64,000 bases of DNA from an uncultured Bordetella sp. (GCA_964433345.1 CAYSQJ010000003.1:160365-224364), one strand, 5' to 3'. Shown: positions 37,782 to 47,408, counted from the stretch's first letter. Notes: a model not told the origin generated them from the letters alone. Translations and numbers: made by a program.

Positions 37782-37798
37782 TTAAACAATATTTAATC

Positions 37799-37814
37799 TG
37801 GCACGGTACCTGCT
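37799..37814 (+). promoter_or_regulatory. sigma54 (-24/-12) promoter for porin-glnK-amtB
   Basis: TGGCACGGTACCTGCT: GG-N10-GC spacing exact, 57 nt upstream of the porin ATG. Confidence 0.7.
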
Positions 37815-37870
37815 GATTGTTGAGCGCAGTTTTATTGCACATGTGCCAACACTCTCAGAAAGGGAAGAAC

Positions 37871-38668
37871 ATGCTTAAGAAAACCATCATCGCCGGACTC
37901 GTTGCTGGCGCCTTCGCACCCGCCCTGGCTTCAGCTGCGGATTCGCCGCATTCGCTAAGCGGCAATGTCGGCATCTACAGCCAGTACATATTCCGCGGAC
38001 TGATGCAGACCAACAACGATCCGGCGCTGCAGGGCGGTTTCGACTACAGCCACTCCAGCGGTTTCTATGCCGGCACCTGGGCCTCCAACGTCAGCTGGCT
38101 GACTGACGCAACCGCCTACAGCAGCAGCAGTCTGGAAATGGACTTCTATGCCGGCTTCAAGGGCAGCATCGGCAAGAGCGACTTCGGCTACGACGTCGGC
38201 CTCCTGCAATACTACTACCCGGGCAAAGTGGTCGCCGGCGGCATCAAGGCCGACACGCTGGAGCTCTACGGCGCGCTGACCTGGAAATGGCTGTCCGCCA
38301 AATACTCCCACAGCATCGACAACAAGACTTTCGGCGTGGCCAACAGCGACGGCACCTACTACTTCGACCTGAGCGCGAACTTCCCGGTCACCGACAAGCT
38401 GACGCTCAGCGCCCATTACGGCATCCAGAAGTTCAAGGGCACCAGCAATGCCTGCGGCGCGAACACCTCCAACGACATCTGCGCGTCTTATGACGACTGG
38501 AAAATCGGCGCGTCCTACGCTCTGCCCCAAAGCTTCACCGTCGGCGCATTCTTCACCGGCACCGACATGAGTGCTGCCCAGAAGGCCTTCTATACCAACC
38601 CGGCAGCAGCAGGCTCGCGCTTCCTCGGCAAGGACACCGTCACGGTCTACCTGTCGAAAACCTTCTAA
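37871..38668 (+). CDS. TorF-family putative outer-membrane porin
   Basis: 265 aa from MLKKTIIAGL (signal peptide); SQYIFRG...GGFDY..SSGFYAGTW motif; C-terminal F. Confidence 0.75.
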   Translation: MLKKTIIAGLVAGAFAPALASAADSPHSLSGNVGIYSQYIFRGLMQTNNDPALQGGFDYSHSSGFYAGTWASNVSWLTDATAYSSSSLEMDFYAGFKGSIGKSDFGYDVGLLQYYYPGKVVAGGIKADTLELYGALTWKWLSAKYSHSIDNKTFGVANSDGTYYFDLSANFPVTDKLTLSAHYGIQKFKGTSNACGANTSNDICASYDDWKIGASYALPQSFTVGAFFTGTDMSAAQKAFYTNPAAAGSRFLGKDTVTVYLSKTF

Positions 38669-39067
<399 letters not shown>

Positions 39068-39079
39068 TTGGAGAACAAG

Positions 39080-40561
39080 ATGAGAAAACTGATCGCAGCT
39101 CTGGCCCTGTTCGGCGTGCTAGGCTTTGCCGGCGCACCGGTCATGGCACAGGACAAACCCGCTGAAGCGCCGGCGGCCACTGCCGAGGCCGCCCCCGCGG
39201 CAGCATCGGCCGCCGCAGCCGCTCCTGCGGCCCCCGCGGCTGCACCGGCACCGACGCCCGACAAGGGCGACACCGCCTGGATGATGGTCGCCACGATCCT
39301 CGTGATCATGATGACCATTCCCGGGCTTGCACTGTTCTACGGCGGCATGGTCCGCGCCAAGAACACGCTGTCGGTGCTGATGCAGGTCTACATCGTGTTT
39401 TCGATGTGCGTGGTGCTGTGGGCCATCTACGGCTACACGGTGGCTTTCGGCGGCTCGGGCACTTTCTGGGGCAGCTTCGACAAGCTCTTCCTGTCGGGTG
39501 TGACACCGGACTCGGTGGGCGCGACCTTCAGCAAGGGCGTGGTCATTCCGGAATATGCCTTCATCGCCTTCCAGGCAACCTTTGCCGGCATCACCCCGGC
39601 GCTGATCGTCGGCGCATTTGCCGAGCGGATGAAATTCTCCGCGGTTCTGCTGTTCGTCGTGATCTGGTTCACCTTCGCCTACCTGCCGATGGCGCACATG
39701 GTCTGGTACTGGGATGGTCCGGATGCGGTCACTGACGCGGCCTCGCTCGAGAAAGTGGTCGAAGGCGCAGGTTTCCTGTGGGCCAAGGGCGCGCTGGACT
39801 TCGCGGGCGGCACGGTGGTGCACATCAACGCCGGCATTGCCGGCCTGGTCGGCGCCTACCTCGTCGGCAAGCGCGTGGGCTTCGGCAAGGAAGCGATGTC
39901 ACCGCACAACCTGACGCTGACGATGGTCGGTGCCGCGCTGCTGTGGGTGGGCTGGTTCGGCTTCAACGCCGGCTCCAACCTCGAAGCGACCGGACTGGCA
40001 ACGCTCGCAGTGGTCAACACGCTGCTCGCGACCGCCGCCGCCACGATGTCGTGGATGATCTTTGAGTGGATGCTCAAGGGCAAACCCTCGATGCTCGGCG
40101 CGGCGTCCGGCTCGATCGCGGGCCTGGTGGCCATCACCCCGGCAGCCGGCTTCGTCGGCCCGATGGGCGGCATCATCATCGGCCTGATCGCCGGTGTGGT
40201 CTGCCTGTGGGGTGTCAACGGCCTCAAGCGCATGCTGGGTGCGGACGACGCGCTCGACGTGTTCGGTGTGCATGCGGTGGGCGGCATCGTCGGCTCGATC
40301 CTGACCGGCGTGTTCGTTTCGCCGGCGCTGGGCGGCACGGGTGTCTGGGACTACGTGGCCAACAAGGTTGCCGACTTCGACATGGCGGCGCAGCTGACCG
40401 CGCAGTTCTGGGGTGTCGGCGTGGCGGTCCTCTGGTCGGGCATCGTCGCATTCATCGCCTACAAGATCGTGGACGTGATCGTCGGGCTGCGCGTGACCGA
40501 GGAAGTCGAGCGCGAAGGCCTTGACATCAACGAGCACGGCGAGAAGGCCTACCACATGTAA
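39080..40561 (+). CDS. amtB: ammonium transporter
   Basis: 493 aa from MRKLIAALAL (signal), Ala/Pro-rich linker, Amt signature DFAGGTVVHINAG and twin-His region. Confidence 0.9.
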   Translation: MRKLIAALALFGVLGFAGAPVMAQDKPAEAPAATAEAAPAAASAAAAAPAAPAAAPAPTPDKGDTAWMMVATILVIMMTIPGLALFYGGMVRAKNTLSVLMQVYIVFSMCVVLWAIYGYTVAFGGSGTFWGSFDKLFLSGVTPDSVGATFSKGVVIPEYAFIAFQATFAGITPALIVGAFAERMKFSAVLLFVVIWFTFAYLPMAHMVWYWDGPDAVTDAASLEKVVEGAGFLWAKGALDFAGGTVVHINAGIAGLVGAYLVGKRVGFGKEAMSPHNLTLTMVGAALLWVGWFGFNAGSNLEATGLATLAVVNTLLATAAATMSWMIFEWMLKGKPSMLGAASGSIAGLVAITPAAGFVGPMGGIIIGLIAGVVCLWGVNGLKRMLGADDALDVFGVHAVGGIVGSILTGVFVSPALGGTGVWDYVANKVADFDMAAQLTAQFWGVGVAVLWSGIVAFIAYKIVDVIVGLRVTEEVEREGLDINEHGEKAYHM

Positions 40562-40592
40562 CAGAATCTCCTGGGTAATCTCCCCTGGGTTT

Positions 40593-40620
40593 GCGGGCGC
40601 TTCGGCGCCCGCTTTTTTTT
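40593..40620 (+). terminator. rho-independent terminator after amtB
   Basis: GCGGGCGC-TTCG-GCGCCCGC followed by T8. Confidence 0.88.
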
Positions 40621-40671
40621 GGGGCTGCCGGCAACCGGGCAGCCTCTCCGGATGGGCTACAATCCACCGTC

Positions 40672-41979
40672 ATGACCGTACCCCGCCTCACTACCGCGCT
40701 GACCGGACCGCTGCAGGAACTGGAAAGCCACATCCTCAGGGCCACACCCGACATCGAGCACTGGCTGCGCAGCCAGTGGCAGGACCACGCCGCGCCGTTC
40801 TACGCCTCGGTCGACCTGCGCAACGCGGGATTCAAGCTTGCGCCGGTGGACACCAACCTGTTTCCCGGCGGATTCAACAACCTCAGCCCGGACTTCCATA
40901 CGCTGTGCGTGCAGGCGGCGATGACTGCGATCGAAAAGGCCTGCCCCGATGCGCATGGCATCGTGCTGGTGCCGGAGAACCACACTCGCAACCAGTTTTA
41001 CCTGCAGAACGTCGAAAAACTCGCGGCAATCCTGCGCCATGCCGGCGTCGAGGTGCGCATCGGCAGCCTGCTGCCGGAAATCACGGCGCCGACAGAACTC
41101 ACGCTGCCCGATGGCGGCACGCTGCGGCTGGAGCCCTTGCGCCGAGAAGGCAACCGGCTCAAGGTCGCCGATTTCGATCCCTGTGTCGTGCTGCTGAACA
41201 ACGATCTCTCGGGCGGCGTGCCGGCGATACTGCAGGGATTGGAGCAGACGGTGCTGCCGCCGGTACAGGCCGGTTGGGCCACGCGCCGCAAGTCCGCGCA
41301 TTTCGCCGCCTACGACGATGTGACCCGGGAATTCGCGCAGCTGATCGGCATCGATCCCTGGGTGATCAACCCCTACTTCGAGAAGTGCGGCAAGATCAAC
41401 TTCCGCGAGCGGATGGGCGAGGAGTGCCTGGAGGGTTACGTATCCGAAATCCTCGGCGACATTCGCAAGAAATACGCCGAATACGGCATCACCGAGGAAC
41501 CCTTCGTCATCGTCAAGGCCGATGCCGGCACCTATGGCATGGGCATCATGACCGTCAAGGATCCGTCGGAGGTGAAGGGCCTCAACCGCAAGCAGCGCAA
41601 CAAGATGGCCGTGGTCAAGGAAGGCCTCGAGGTTCACGACGTCATAGTGCAGGAAGGTGTCTACACCTTCGAGAACATCGGCGACGCAGTCGCGGAGCCG
41701 GTTGTGTACATGATCGACCATTTCGTCGTCGGCGGTTTTTACCGGGTGCACACCGAACGCGGCAAGGACCAGAACCTCAATGCGCCGGGCATGCAGTTCG
41801 CGCCGCTCGCCTTCGACGAGCCCTGCTCCTCGCCCAATCCCAACGACCCCGGCTGCCCGCCCAACCGCTTTTATTCCTATGGCGTGATCGGTCGGCTCGC
41901 GCTGCTGGCCGCGGCCATCGAACTCGAGCGCATGGCCGAAGCCGCGGAAACACCGGTGCTGCTGCGCGCCGCGCCATGA
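40672..41979 (+). CDS. gshA: glutamate--cysteine ligase (proteobacterial GshA, PF08886 type)
   Basis: 435 aa from MTVPRLTTAL; FYASVDLRNAGFKLAPVDTNLFPGGFNN; overlaps gshB start (ATGA). Confidence 0.85.
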   Translation: MTVPRLTTALTGPLQELESHILRATPDIEHWLRSQWQDHAAPFYASVDLRNAGFKLAPVDTNLFPGGFNNLSPDFHTLCVQAAMTAIEKACPDAHGIVLVPENHTRNQFYLQNVEKLAAILRHAGVEVRIGSLLPEITAPTELTLPDGGTLRLEPLRREGNRLKVADFDPCVVLLNNDLSGGVPAILQGLEQTVLPPVQAGWATRRKSAHFAAYDDVTREFAQLIGIDPWVINPYFEKCGKINFRERMGEECLEGYVSEILGDIRKKYAEYGITEEPFVIVKADAGTYGMGIMTVKDPSEVKGLNRKQRNKMAVVKEGLEVHDVIVQEGVYTFENIGDAVAEPVVYMIDHFVVGGFYRVHTERGKDQNLNAPGMQFAPLAFDEPCSSPNPNDPGCPPNRFYSYGVIGRLALLAAAIELERMAEAAETPVLLRAAP

Positions 41980-42914
41980 AGCTGGCGTTCATCGTCGATC
42001 CCCTCGACGAATTCAAGCTGGAAAAGGACACGACCTACGCCATCATGCGCGAGGCGGCGGCACAGGGTCATGCCTTGTACACGATGCAGCAAGGCGACCT
42101 GGCCTGGCACAAACACGTTGTCACCGGCAACGCCGCCCGTCTGCACCTCACCGGGGAACGGCAGGCCTGGTACCGGCTTGATCCCGCGGAAGAAACGCCG
42201 CTGGAACGCTTCGACGCGGTGCTGATGCGCAAGGATCCGCCCTTCGACATGGAGTATGTCTACAGCACCTATCTGCTCGAGATCGCGGAAGGCCGCGGCG
42301 CGAAGGTGTTCAACCGGCCGCGGGCGATCCGCGACCACAACGAGAAAATGGCGATTGCCCGGTTCAGCGAATTCACCGCCCCGACGCTGGTCACCCGCCG
42401 CACGGAGCTGCTGCATGCCTTCCTCGCCGAGCATGCCGACATCATCCTCAAGCCGCTCGACGGCATGGGCGGCAGCTCGATATTCCGCGTCCGCGCGGGG
42501 GATCCGAACCTGAACGTGATCATTGAAACCCTCACCGGCGAGGGACAGCGCACCATCATGGCCCAGCGCTACATCCCGGAAATCAGCAACGGCGACAAGC
42601 GTGTCCTGGTCATCGGCGGCGAAGCGGTGCCGTATTGCCTCGCACGCATACCCAAGGCCGGTGAGACCCGCGGCAATCTCGCAGCGGGCGGCACCGGGGT
42701 GGCCCGCGAACTGACGGCTCGCGACCGGCAAATCGCCGAGACCCTCGGGCCGCAGTTGCAGGCGGCCGGTCTGTTGCTGGTCGGACTGGATGTGATCGGC
42801 GACAACCTGACCGAGGTCAATGTCACCAGTCCGACCTGTTTCCAGGAAATCACCGCCCAGACCGGCTTCAATGTGGCCGCCATGTTCTTGAATAAATTGG
42901 GAAAATGCCTCTGA
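41976..42914 (+). CDS. gshB: glutathione synthetase
   Basis: 312 aa; MKLAFIVDPL, prokaryotic GSH synthetase ATP-grasp motifs (ILKPLDGMGG, NVTSPT). Confidence 0.9.
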   Translation: MKLAFIVDPLDEFKLEKDTTYAIMREAAAQGHALYTMQQGDLAWHKHVVTGNAARLHLTGERQAWYRLDPAEETPLERFDAVLMRKDPPFDMEYVYSTYLLEIAEGRGAKVFNRPRAIRDHNEKMAIARFSEFTAPTLVTRRTELLHAFLAEHADIILKPLDGMGGSSIFRVRAGDPNLNVIIETLTGEGQRTIMAQRYIPEISNGDKRVLVIGGEAVPYCLARIPKAGETRGNLAAGGTGVARELTARDRQIAETLGPQLQAAGLLLVGLDVIGDNLTEVNVTSPTCFQEITAQTGFNVAAMFLNKLGKCL

Positions 42915-43010
42915 TTCAGGCGGGTGTCGCTATCCTGTGACAACCATGTTGCAGTGCAAGAAAAGGGGGCGTAGAGTATGGCGCTTTCGTGACAGCGGCA
43001 CCTCCACTCC

Positions 43011-43433
43011 ATGATCGGCATTCTGATTATCAGCCACGGCACCCTCGGCGAAAGCCTGATCCACTGTGCCTGCCACATGCTCAACAAGCGTCCGCCCCGG
43101 CTGCGCCAGCTGGGTGTCACCGCGCAGGACGATCCGGTGCTGCTGGTGCCCCAGGCGCGGAAAATGATCAAGGAGCTGGACGAAGGCAGGGGCGTGCTGG
43201 TGCTCACCGACATGTATGGCGGCTCCCCGTCCAACATCGCCGCCAAACTGGTGATTCCCGGCCGCGTCGAAGCTGTCGCCGGAGTCAACCTGCCGATGCT
43301 GATCCGCGCCCTGACCTACCGCGACAAGACGCTGTCGGTGATGATGACCAAGGCCATCAGCGGCGGCTGCGAGGGCGTGCTGAGGGTACCCCCGACTTTC
43401 ACGACCATTCAAAATGCTGCAACAGGAAGCTGA
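43011..43433 (+). CDS. PTS EIIA component, mannose/fructose family
   Basis: 140 aa; MIGILIISHGTLGE with phospho-His; TDMYGGSPSN. Confidence 0.8.
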   Translation: MIGILIISHGTLGESLIHCACHMLNKRPPRLRQLGVTAQDDPVLLVPQARKMIKELDEGRGVLVLTDMYGGSPSNIAAKLVIPGRVEAVAGVNLPMLIRALTYRDKTLSVMMTKAISGGCEGVLRVPPTFTTIQNAATGS

Positions 43434-43683
43434 GATCATCAACAAGCTGGGCCTGCATGCCCGGGCTTCCGCAAAACTCACGCAGGTCGCCGGCGGCTAC
43501 GCCAGCGAAATCTGGCTGAGCCGCAACGGTCGGCGCGTCAACGCGAAAAGCATCATGGGAGTGATGATGCTGGCCGCGGCAAAGGGATCGAAGGTCCTGA
43601 TCGAAACCAGCGGCAGTGACGAAACAGCGGCAATGCAGGCGCTGCAGCAACTGATCGCCGACCGCTTCGGCGAAGGGGAATGA
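43414..43683 (+). CDS. ptsH: HPr-family phosphocarrier protein
   Basis: 89 aa; GLHARAS (His15 region), SIMGVMML. Confidence 0.85.
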   Translation: MLQQEAEIINKLGLHARASAKLTQVAGGYASEIWLSRNGRRVNAKSIMGVMMLAAAKGSKVLIETSGSDETAAMQALQQLIADRFGEGE

Positions 43684-43772
43684 GCGGGAAGCATTGAGGG
43701 GCCGGCCGGCAACGGGCAGAATGCAGACTGTCATTCCGCCCGCAGACAAACAAGAGCACCCCGGCTTCCAAC

Positions 43773-45500
43773 ATGAGTCTCACGATCCACGGCATCGGCG
43801 TATCCGGCGGCATCGCCATCGGCCATGCCCACCTGGTCTCGCACACCAAACTCGAGGTTGCGCATTACGACATACCAGCGGAACAGGTCGCCGATGAGGC
43901 TGCACGCTTCGATGCGGCCGTAAAAACCGTAAGAGACGAACTCGAGCTGCTGCGCGGCTCTGTTCCGGCCGGCGCGCCGGCGGAATTCGGCGCCTTCATC
44001 GATCTGCACCTGATGATCCTTGCCGACTCGACGCTGTCGGAAGCACCGCGCAGGATCATCCAAAGCGAGCTCTGCAACGCCGAATGGGCGCTGAAGGTCC
44101 AGACCGACGAGCTGCTGCAGCAGTTCGACGCCATCGAGGACAGTTATCTGCGCGAGCGCCGCACCGACGTCATCCAGGTCGCGCAGCGCGTGATGAAGGC
44201 GCTCTCCGGACAGCCCGGCTACGCACCGCCGCCGGCGGGCGACTCCGAACGCAACCTGGTGCTGGTCGCCCACGACCTGTCACCCGCGGACGTCGTGCTG
44301 TTCAAGCAGCACCACTTCGCGAGCTTCGTCACCGACCTCGGCGGTGCCACCTCCCATACCGCGATCGTCGCGCGCAGCCTCAACATTCCCTGCATCGTGG
44401 CGCTGCACCACGCGCGCCAGCTGGTGCGCGAGAACGAAATCATCATCGTCGACGGCACCCAGGGCGTGGTGATCGTCGATCCCGATCCGCAGGTGCTCGC
44501 CGAGTACCAGCTGCGGCAGCGCGAATTCGGTCTGGAGCGGCAGAAACTGCGGCGGCTGCGCGACACCCCTGCGCGCACACTCGACGGCATTGATGTCGAG
44601 CTGCACGCCAACATCGAGCTGCCGGGCGATGTTGCACTGGCGCTGGACGGCGGCGCGACCGGCATCGGCCTTTTTCGCACCGAGTTCCTGTTCCTGAACC
44701 GCCCCAGCCTGCCGGACGAGGACGAGCAGTACGAGGCATACCGCCAGGTCCTCGAGGAGATGGACGGGAGACCGGTCACCATTCGCACCTATGACCTCGG
44801 CGCCGACAAGCAGATCGACGACAGCGCGAGGCTCGCGACCAACCCCGCCCTCGGTCTGCGCGCGATCCGGCTGTGCCTCACCGAGCCCAAGCGCTTCATT
44901 ACCCAGCTGCGCGCGATGCTGCGTGCCTCGCGTCATGGAAAGATGAAAATCCTGATCCCGATGCTGATGAATGCATCGGAAGTCGACCAGGCGCTGCTGC
45001 TGCTGGAGCAGGCGAAGCGCAGCCTCGATGACGATGGAATCGCCTACGACCGCAGCGTACCGGTGGGCGGCATGGTCGAGATCCCGGCAGCCGCCCTCGC
45101 GCTCGGACTGCTGACAAAACGCCTGGATTTCCTGTCGGTGGGCACCAACGACCTGATCCAGTACATGCTGGCGATCGACCGCACCGACGACACCGTGGCC
45201 CACCTCTACGACCCGCTGCACCCGGCGGTGCTGACCGTGCTGGCGCACATCTTCAAGACTGCCGGCAAGGCGGGCATCCCGGTGGCGGTCTGCGGCGAGA
45301 TGGCCGGCGACGTCGCGCTGACCCGCCTGCTGCTGGGGCTGGGCCTGCGCCAGTTCTCGATGCACTCGGCCCACCTGCCGGATGTCAAGCAGCGCGTGCT
45401 GAAAACCAGCCTCGCCGACGCCGAGCCTTACGCCCGGCGCATGCTGCGGGCGACTGATCCGTCGCGGCTCCACGCCATGCTCGAACGGATGAACGGCTGA
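43773..45500 (+). CDS. ptsI: phosphoenolpyruvate--protein phosphotransferase (Enzyme I)
   Basis: 575 aa; GGATSHTAIVARSL phospho-His, GLFRTEFLF, SVGTNDLIQY. Confidence 0.92.
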   Translation: MSLTIHGIGVSGGIAIGHAHLVSHTKLEVAHYDIPAEQVADEAARFDAAVKTVRDELELLRGSVPAGAPAEFGAFIDLHLMILADSTLSEAPRRIIQSELCNAEWALKVQTDELLQQFDAIEDSYLRERRTDVIQVAQRVMKALSGQPGYAPPPAGDSERNLVLVAHDLSPADVVLFKQHHFASFVTDLGGATSHTAIVARSLNIPCIVALHHARQLVRENEIIIVDGTQGVVIVDPDPQVLAEYQLRQREFGLERQKLRRLRDTPARTLDGIDVELHANIELPGDVALALDGGATGIGLFRTEFLFLNRPSLPDEDEQYEAYRQVLEEMDGRPVTIRTYDLGADKQIDDSARLATNPALGLRAIRLCLTEPKRFITQLRAMLRASRHGKMKILIPMLMNASEVDQALLLLEQAKRSLDDDGIAYDRSVPVGGMVEIPAAALALGLLTKRLDFLSVGTNDLIQYMLAIDRTDDTVAHLYDPLHPAVLTVLAHIFKTAGKAGIPVAVCGEMAGDVALTRLLLGLGLRQFSMHSAHLPDVKQRVLKTSLADAEPYARRMLRATDPSRLHAMLERMNG

Positions 45501-45510
45501 AACCGCCGAT

Positions 45511-45539
45511 TTGACAAGGCTGCGCACCGGGGGTAACTT
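45511..45539 (+). promoter_or_regulatory. candidate sigma70 promoter of metX leader
   Basis: TTGACA-N17-TAACTT. Confidence 0.4.
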
Positions 45540-45619
45540 TCACCGCACAGTTTTCGCGCCGATTTGAAATCAGCTTGCGGGCGCGTAATAAATCCGGCTA
45601 AAGAGATCAGCAATTCTCG

Positions 45620-45651
45620 GAACCCCGGCGCGCAGGCTTCGGGGTTTTTTT
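45620..45651 (+). terminator. intrinsic terminator ending 1 nt before the metX ATG (attenuator/riboswitch expression platform)
   Basis: GAACCCCG-12 nt loop-CGGGGTTT then T-run (7 T) running into ATG 45652. Confidence 0.65.
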
Positions 45652-46815
45652 ATGACCAGCAACGACACCAGCAACGACGCCAATACCGCCTCGGTCGGGA
45701 TCGTCCGGCCGCAGACCGCGCGCTTCACCGAACCGCTGACTTTGCGCGGCGGCTCGGTGCTGCGCGGGTACGAACTGGTCTACGAGACCTATGGCCGGCT
45801 GAACGCGGACTGCTCCAATGCCGTGCTGGTCTGCCACGCCCTCAACGCCTCCCACCATGTCGCCGGCCATTACGAGGATGACCCCGAAAATGCCGGCTGG
45901 TGGGACAACATGATCGGCCCCGGCAAACCGCTGGACACCGACCGTTTCTTCGTCATCGGCGTCAACAACCTCGGCGGCTGCCACGGCTCCACCGGACCGT
46001 CGAGCATAAACCCCGACACCGGCAAACCCTGGGGCGGCGATTTCCCCGTGGTCACCGTCGAAGACTGGGTCGATGCCCAGGCGCGGCTCGCCGACCACCT
46101 CGGCATCACCCGCTTCGCAGCGGTGATGGGCGGCAGCCTCGGCGCGATGCAGGCGCTGGCCTGGGCGACCCGCTATCCGGACCGGCTGCGCCACAGCATC
46201 GTGATTGCCTGCGCACCCAATCTCTCGGCACAGAACATCGCCTTCAACGAGGTCGCGCGGCAGGCGATCATCACCGACCCGGATTTTCACGGCGGCGCCT
46301 ACCAGTTGCAGGGCACCGCACCCAAGCGCGGGCTGCGCGTCGCGCGCATGGTCGGGCACATTACCTATCTGTCCGACGACGAAATGGCCAGCAAATTCGG
46401 CCGCCAGCTGAAACACGGCAAGCTGGGCTACGGCTTCGACACCGAGTTCCAGATCGAGTCCTACCTGCGCCACCAGGGCAACAAGTTCGCCGATTATTTC
46501 GATGCCAACACCTACCTGCGCATCACCAAGGCGCTCGACTACTTCGACCCTGCCTTCGCCTGCGGCGGCGACCTGTCGGCGGCACTGAAGGACGTGTCCG
46601 CGGGGATGCTGGTGGTGTCCTTCACCACCGACTGGCGGTTCTCGCCGGAACGCTCGCGCGAGATCGTCCGCGCGCTGCTCGACAACCGCGCCCGGGTGAC
46701 TTACGCGGAAATCGACGCGCCGCACGGCCATGATGCCTTCCTGCTCGAGGATCCTCGCTATCACCGGCTGGTGGCCGCCTATTTCAGGCGCATCGCCGCG
46801 GAGACCGGAACATGA
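45652..46815 (+). CDS. metX: homoserine O-acyltransferase (MetX family)
   Basis: 387 aa; [20 protein letters not shown] nucleophile, HGHDAFL. Confidence 0.9.
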   Translation: MTSNDTSNDANTASVGIVRPQTARFTEPLTLRGGSVLRGYELVYETYGRLNADCSNAVLVCHALNASHHVAGHYEDDPENAGWWDNMIGPGKPLDTDRFFVIGVNNLGGCHGSTGPSSINPDTGKPWGGDFPVVTVEDWVDAQARLADHLGITRFAAVMGGSLGAMQALAWATRYPDRLRHSIVIACAPNLSAQNIAFNEVARQAIITDPDFHGGAYQLQGTAPKRGLRVARMVGHITYLSDDEMASKFGRQLKHGKLGYGFDTEFQIESYLRHQGNKFADYFDANTYLRITKALDYFDPAFACGGDLSAALKDVSAGMLVVSFTTDWRFSPERSREIVRALLDNRARVTYAEIDAPHGHDAFLLEDPRYHRLVAAYFRRIAAETGT

Positions 46816-47408
46816 CCGGCGCCAACGGCAGCCAGCGCCCGGATTTCGCGGCCATCGCGCAGTGCATACCACGCGCCGCGCATGTGCTCGACCTCGGCTG
46901 CGGCGACGGCACGCTGCTGAAATATCTGCAGCAATCGCGCGGCGTCACCGGCTACGGGGTGGAGATCGACGACGGCAACGTGCTCGCCTGCGTCAACAAC
47001 GGCGTCAATGTCATCCAGGGTGATCTCGAGCACGGCCTCGCCGAGTTCGCCGACGGGTCCTTTGATTTTGTCGTGCTGTCACAGACCCTGCAGGCGATGC
47101 GCAACACCGAGCGCATCGTGCGCGAGATGCTGCGCGTCGGACGCGCCGGCATCGTCACCTTCCCCAATTTCGGCCACTGGAAAAACCGCCTGCAGATCCT
47201 GCGCGGACGCATGCCGGTGTCGGACAAGCTGCCCTTTGAGTGGTTCGACACGCCGAACATCCACCTCTGCACGATCGCCGATTTCGAGCGTTTCTGCGAG
47301 GAACGCGGCATCCGCATCGTCAGCCGCGCGGTGCTGAGCGGCGGCAGGCCGGTGCAGAGACTGCCCAACCTGTTCGGCGAGCTCGCCGTCTATCACTTCT
47401 CCGGCTGA
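46812..47408 (+). CDS. metW: methionine biosynthesis protein MetW
   Basis: 198 aa; [12 protein letters not shown]; ATGA overlap with metX. Confidence 0.9.
   Translation: MTGANGSQRPDFAAIAQCIPRAAHVLDLGCGDGTLLKYLQQSRGVTGYGVEIDDGNVLACVNNGVNVIQGDLEHGLAEFADGSFDFVVLSQTLQAMRNTERIVREMLRVGRAGIVTFPNFGHWKNRLQILRGRMPVSDKLPFEWFDTPNIHLCTIADFERFCEERGIRIVSRAVLSGGRPVQRLPNLFGELAVYHFSG

Noticed and set aside
40521-42914. 797-aa ORF that would fuse gshA-region sequence to gshB
   Set aside because: The first roughly 485 aa are an out-of-frame reading of gshA (Arg/Pro/Ala-rich). GshB begins at MKLAFIVDPL (41976) with an ATGA overlap to the gshA stop.
45503-45525. First GCCGATTTGA...GCTGCG copy, considered as a tandem riboswitch aptamer with 45555-45585
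   Set aside because: The similarity is short, and this copy contains a perfect TTGACA with a suitably spaced -10-like hexamer. It is more simply the promoter of the leader, so I report a single leader element.
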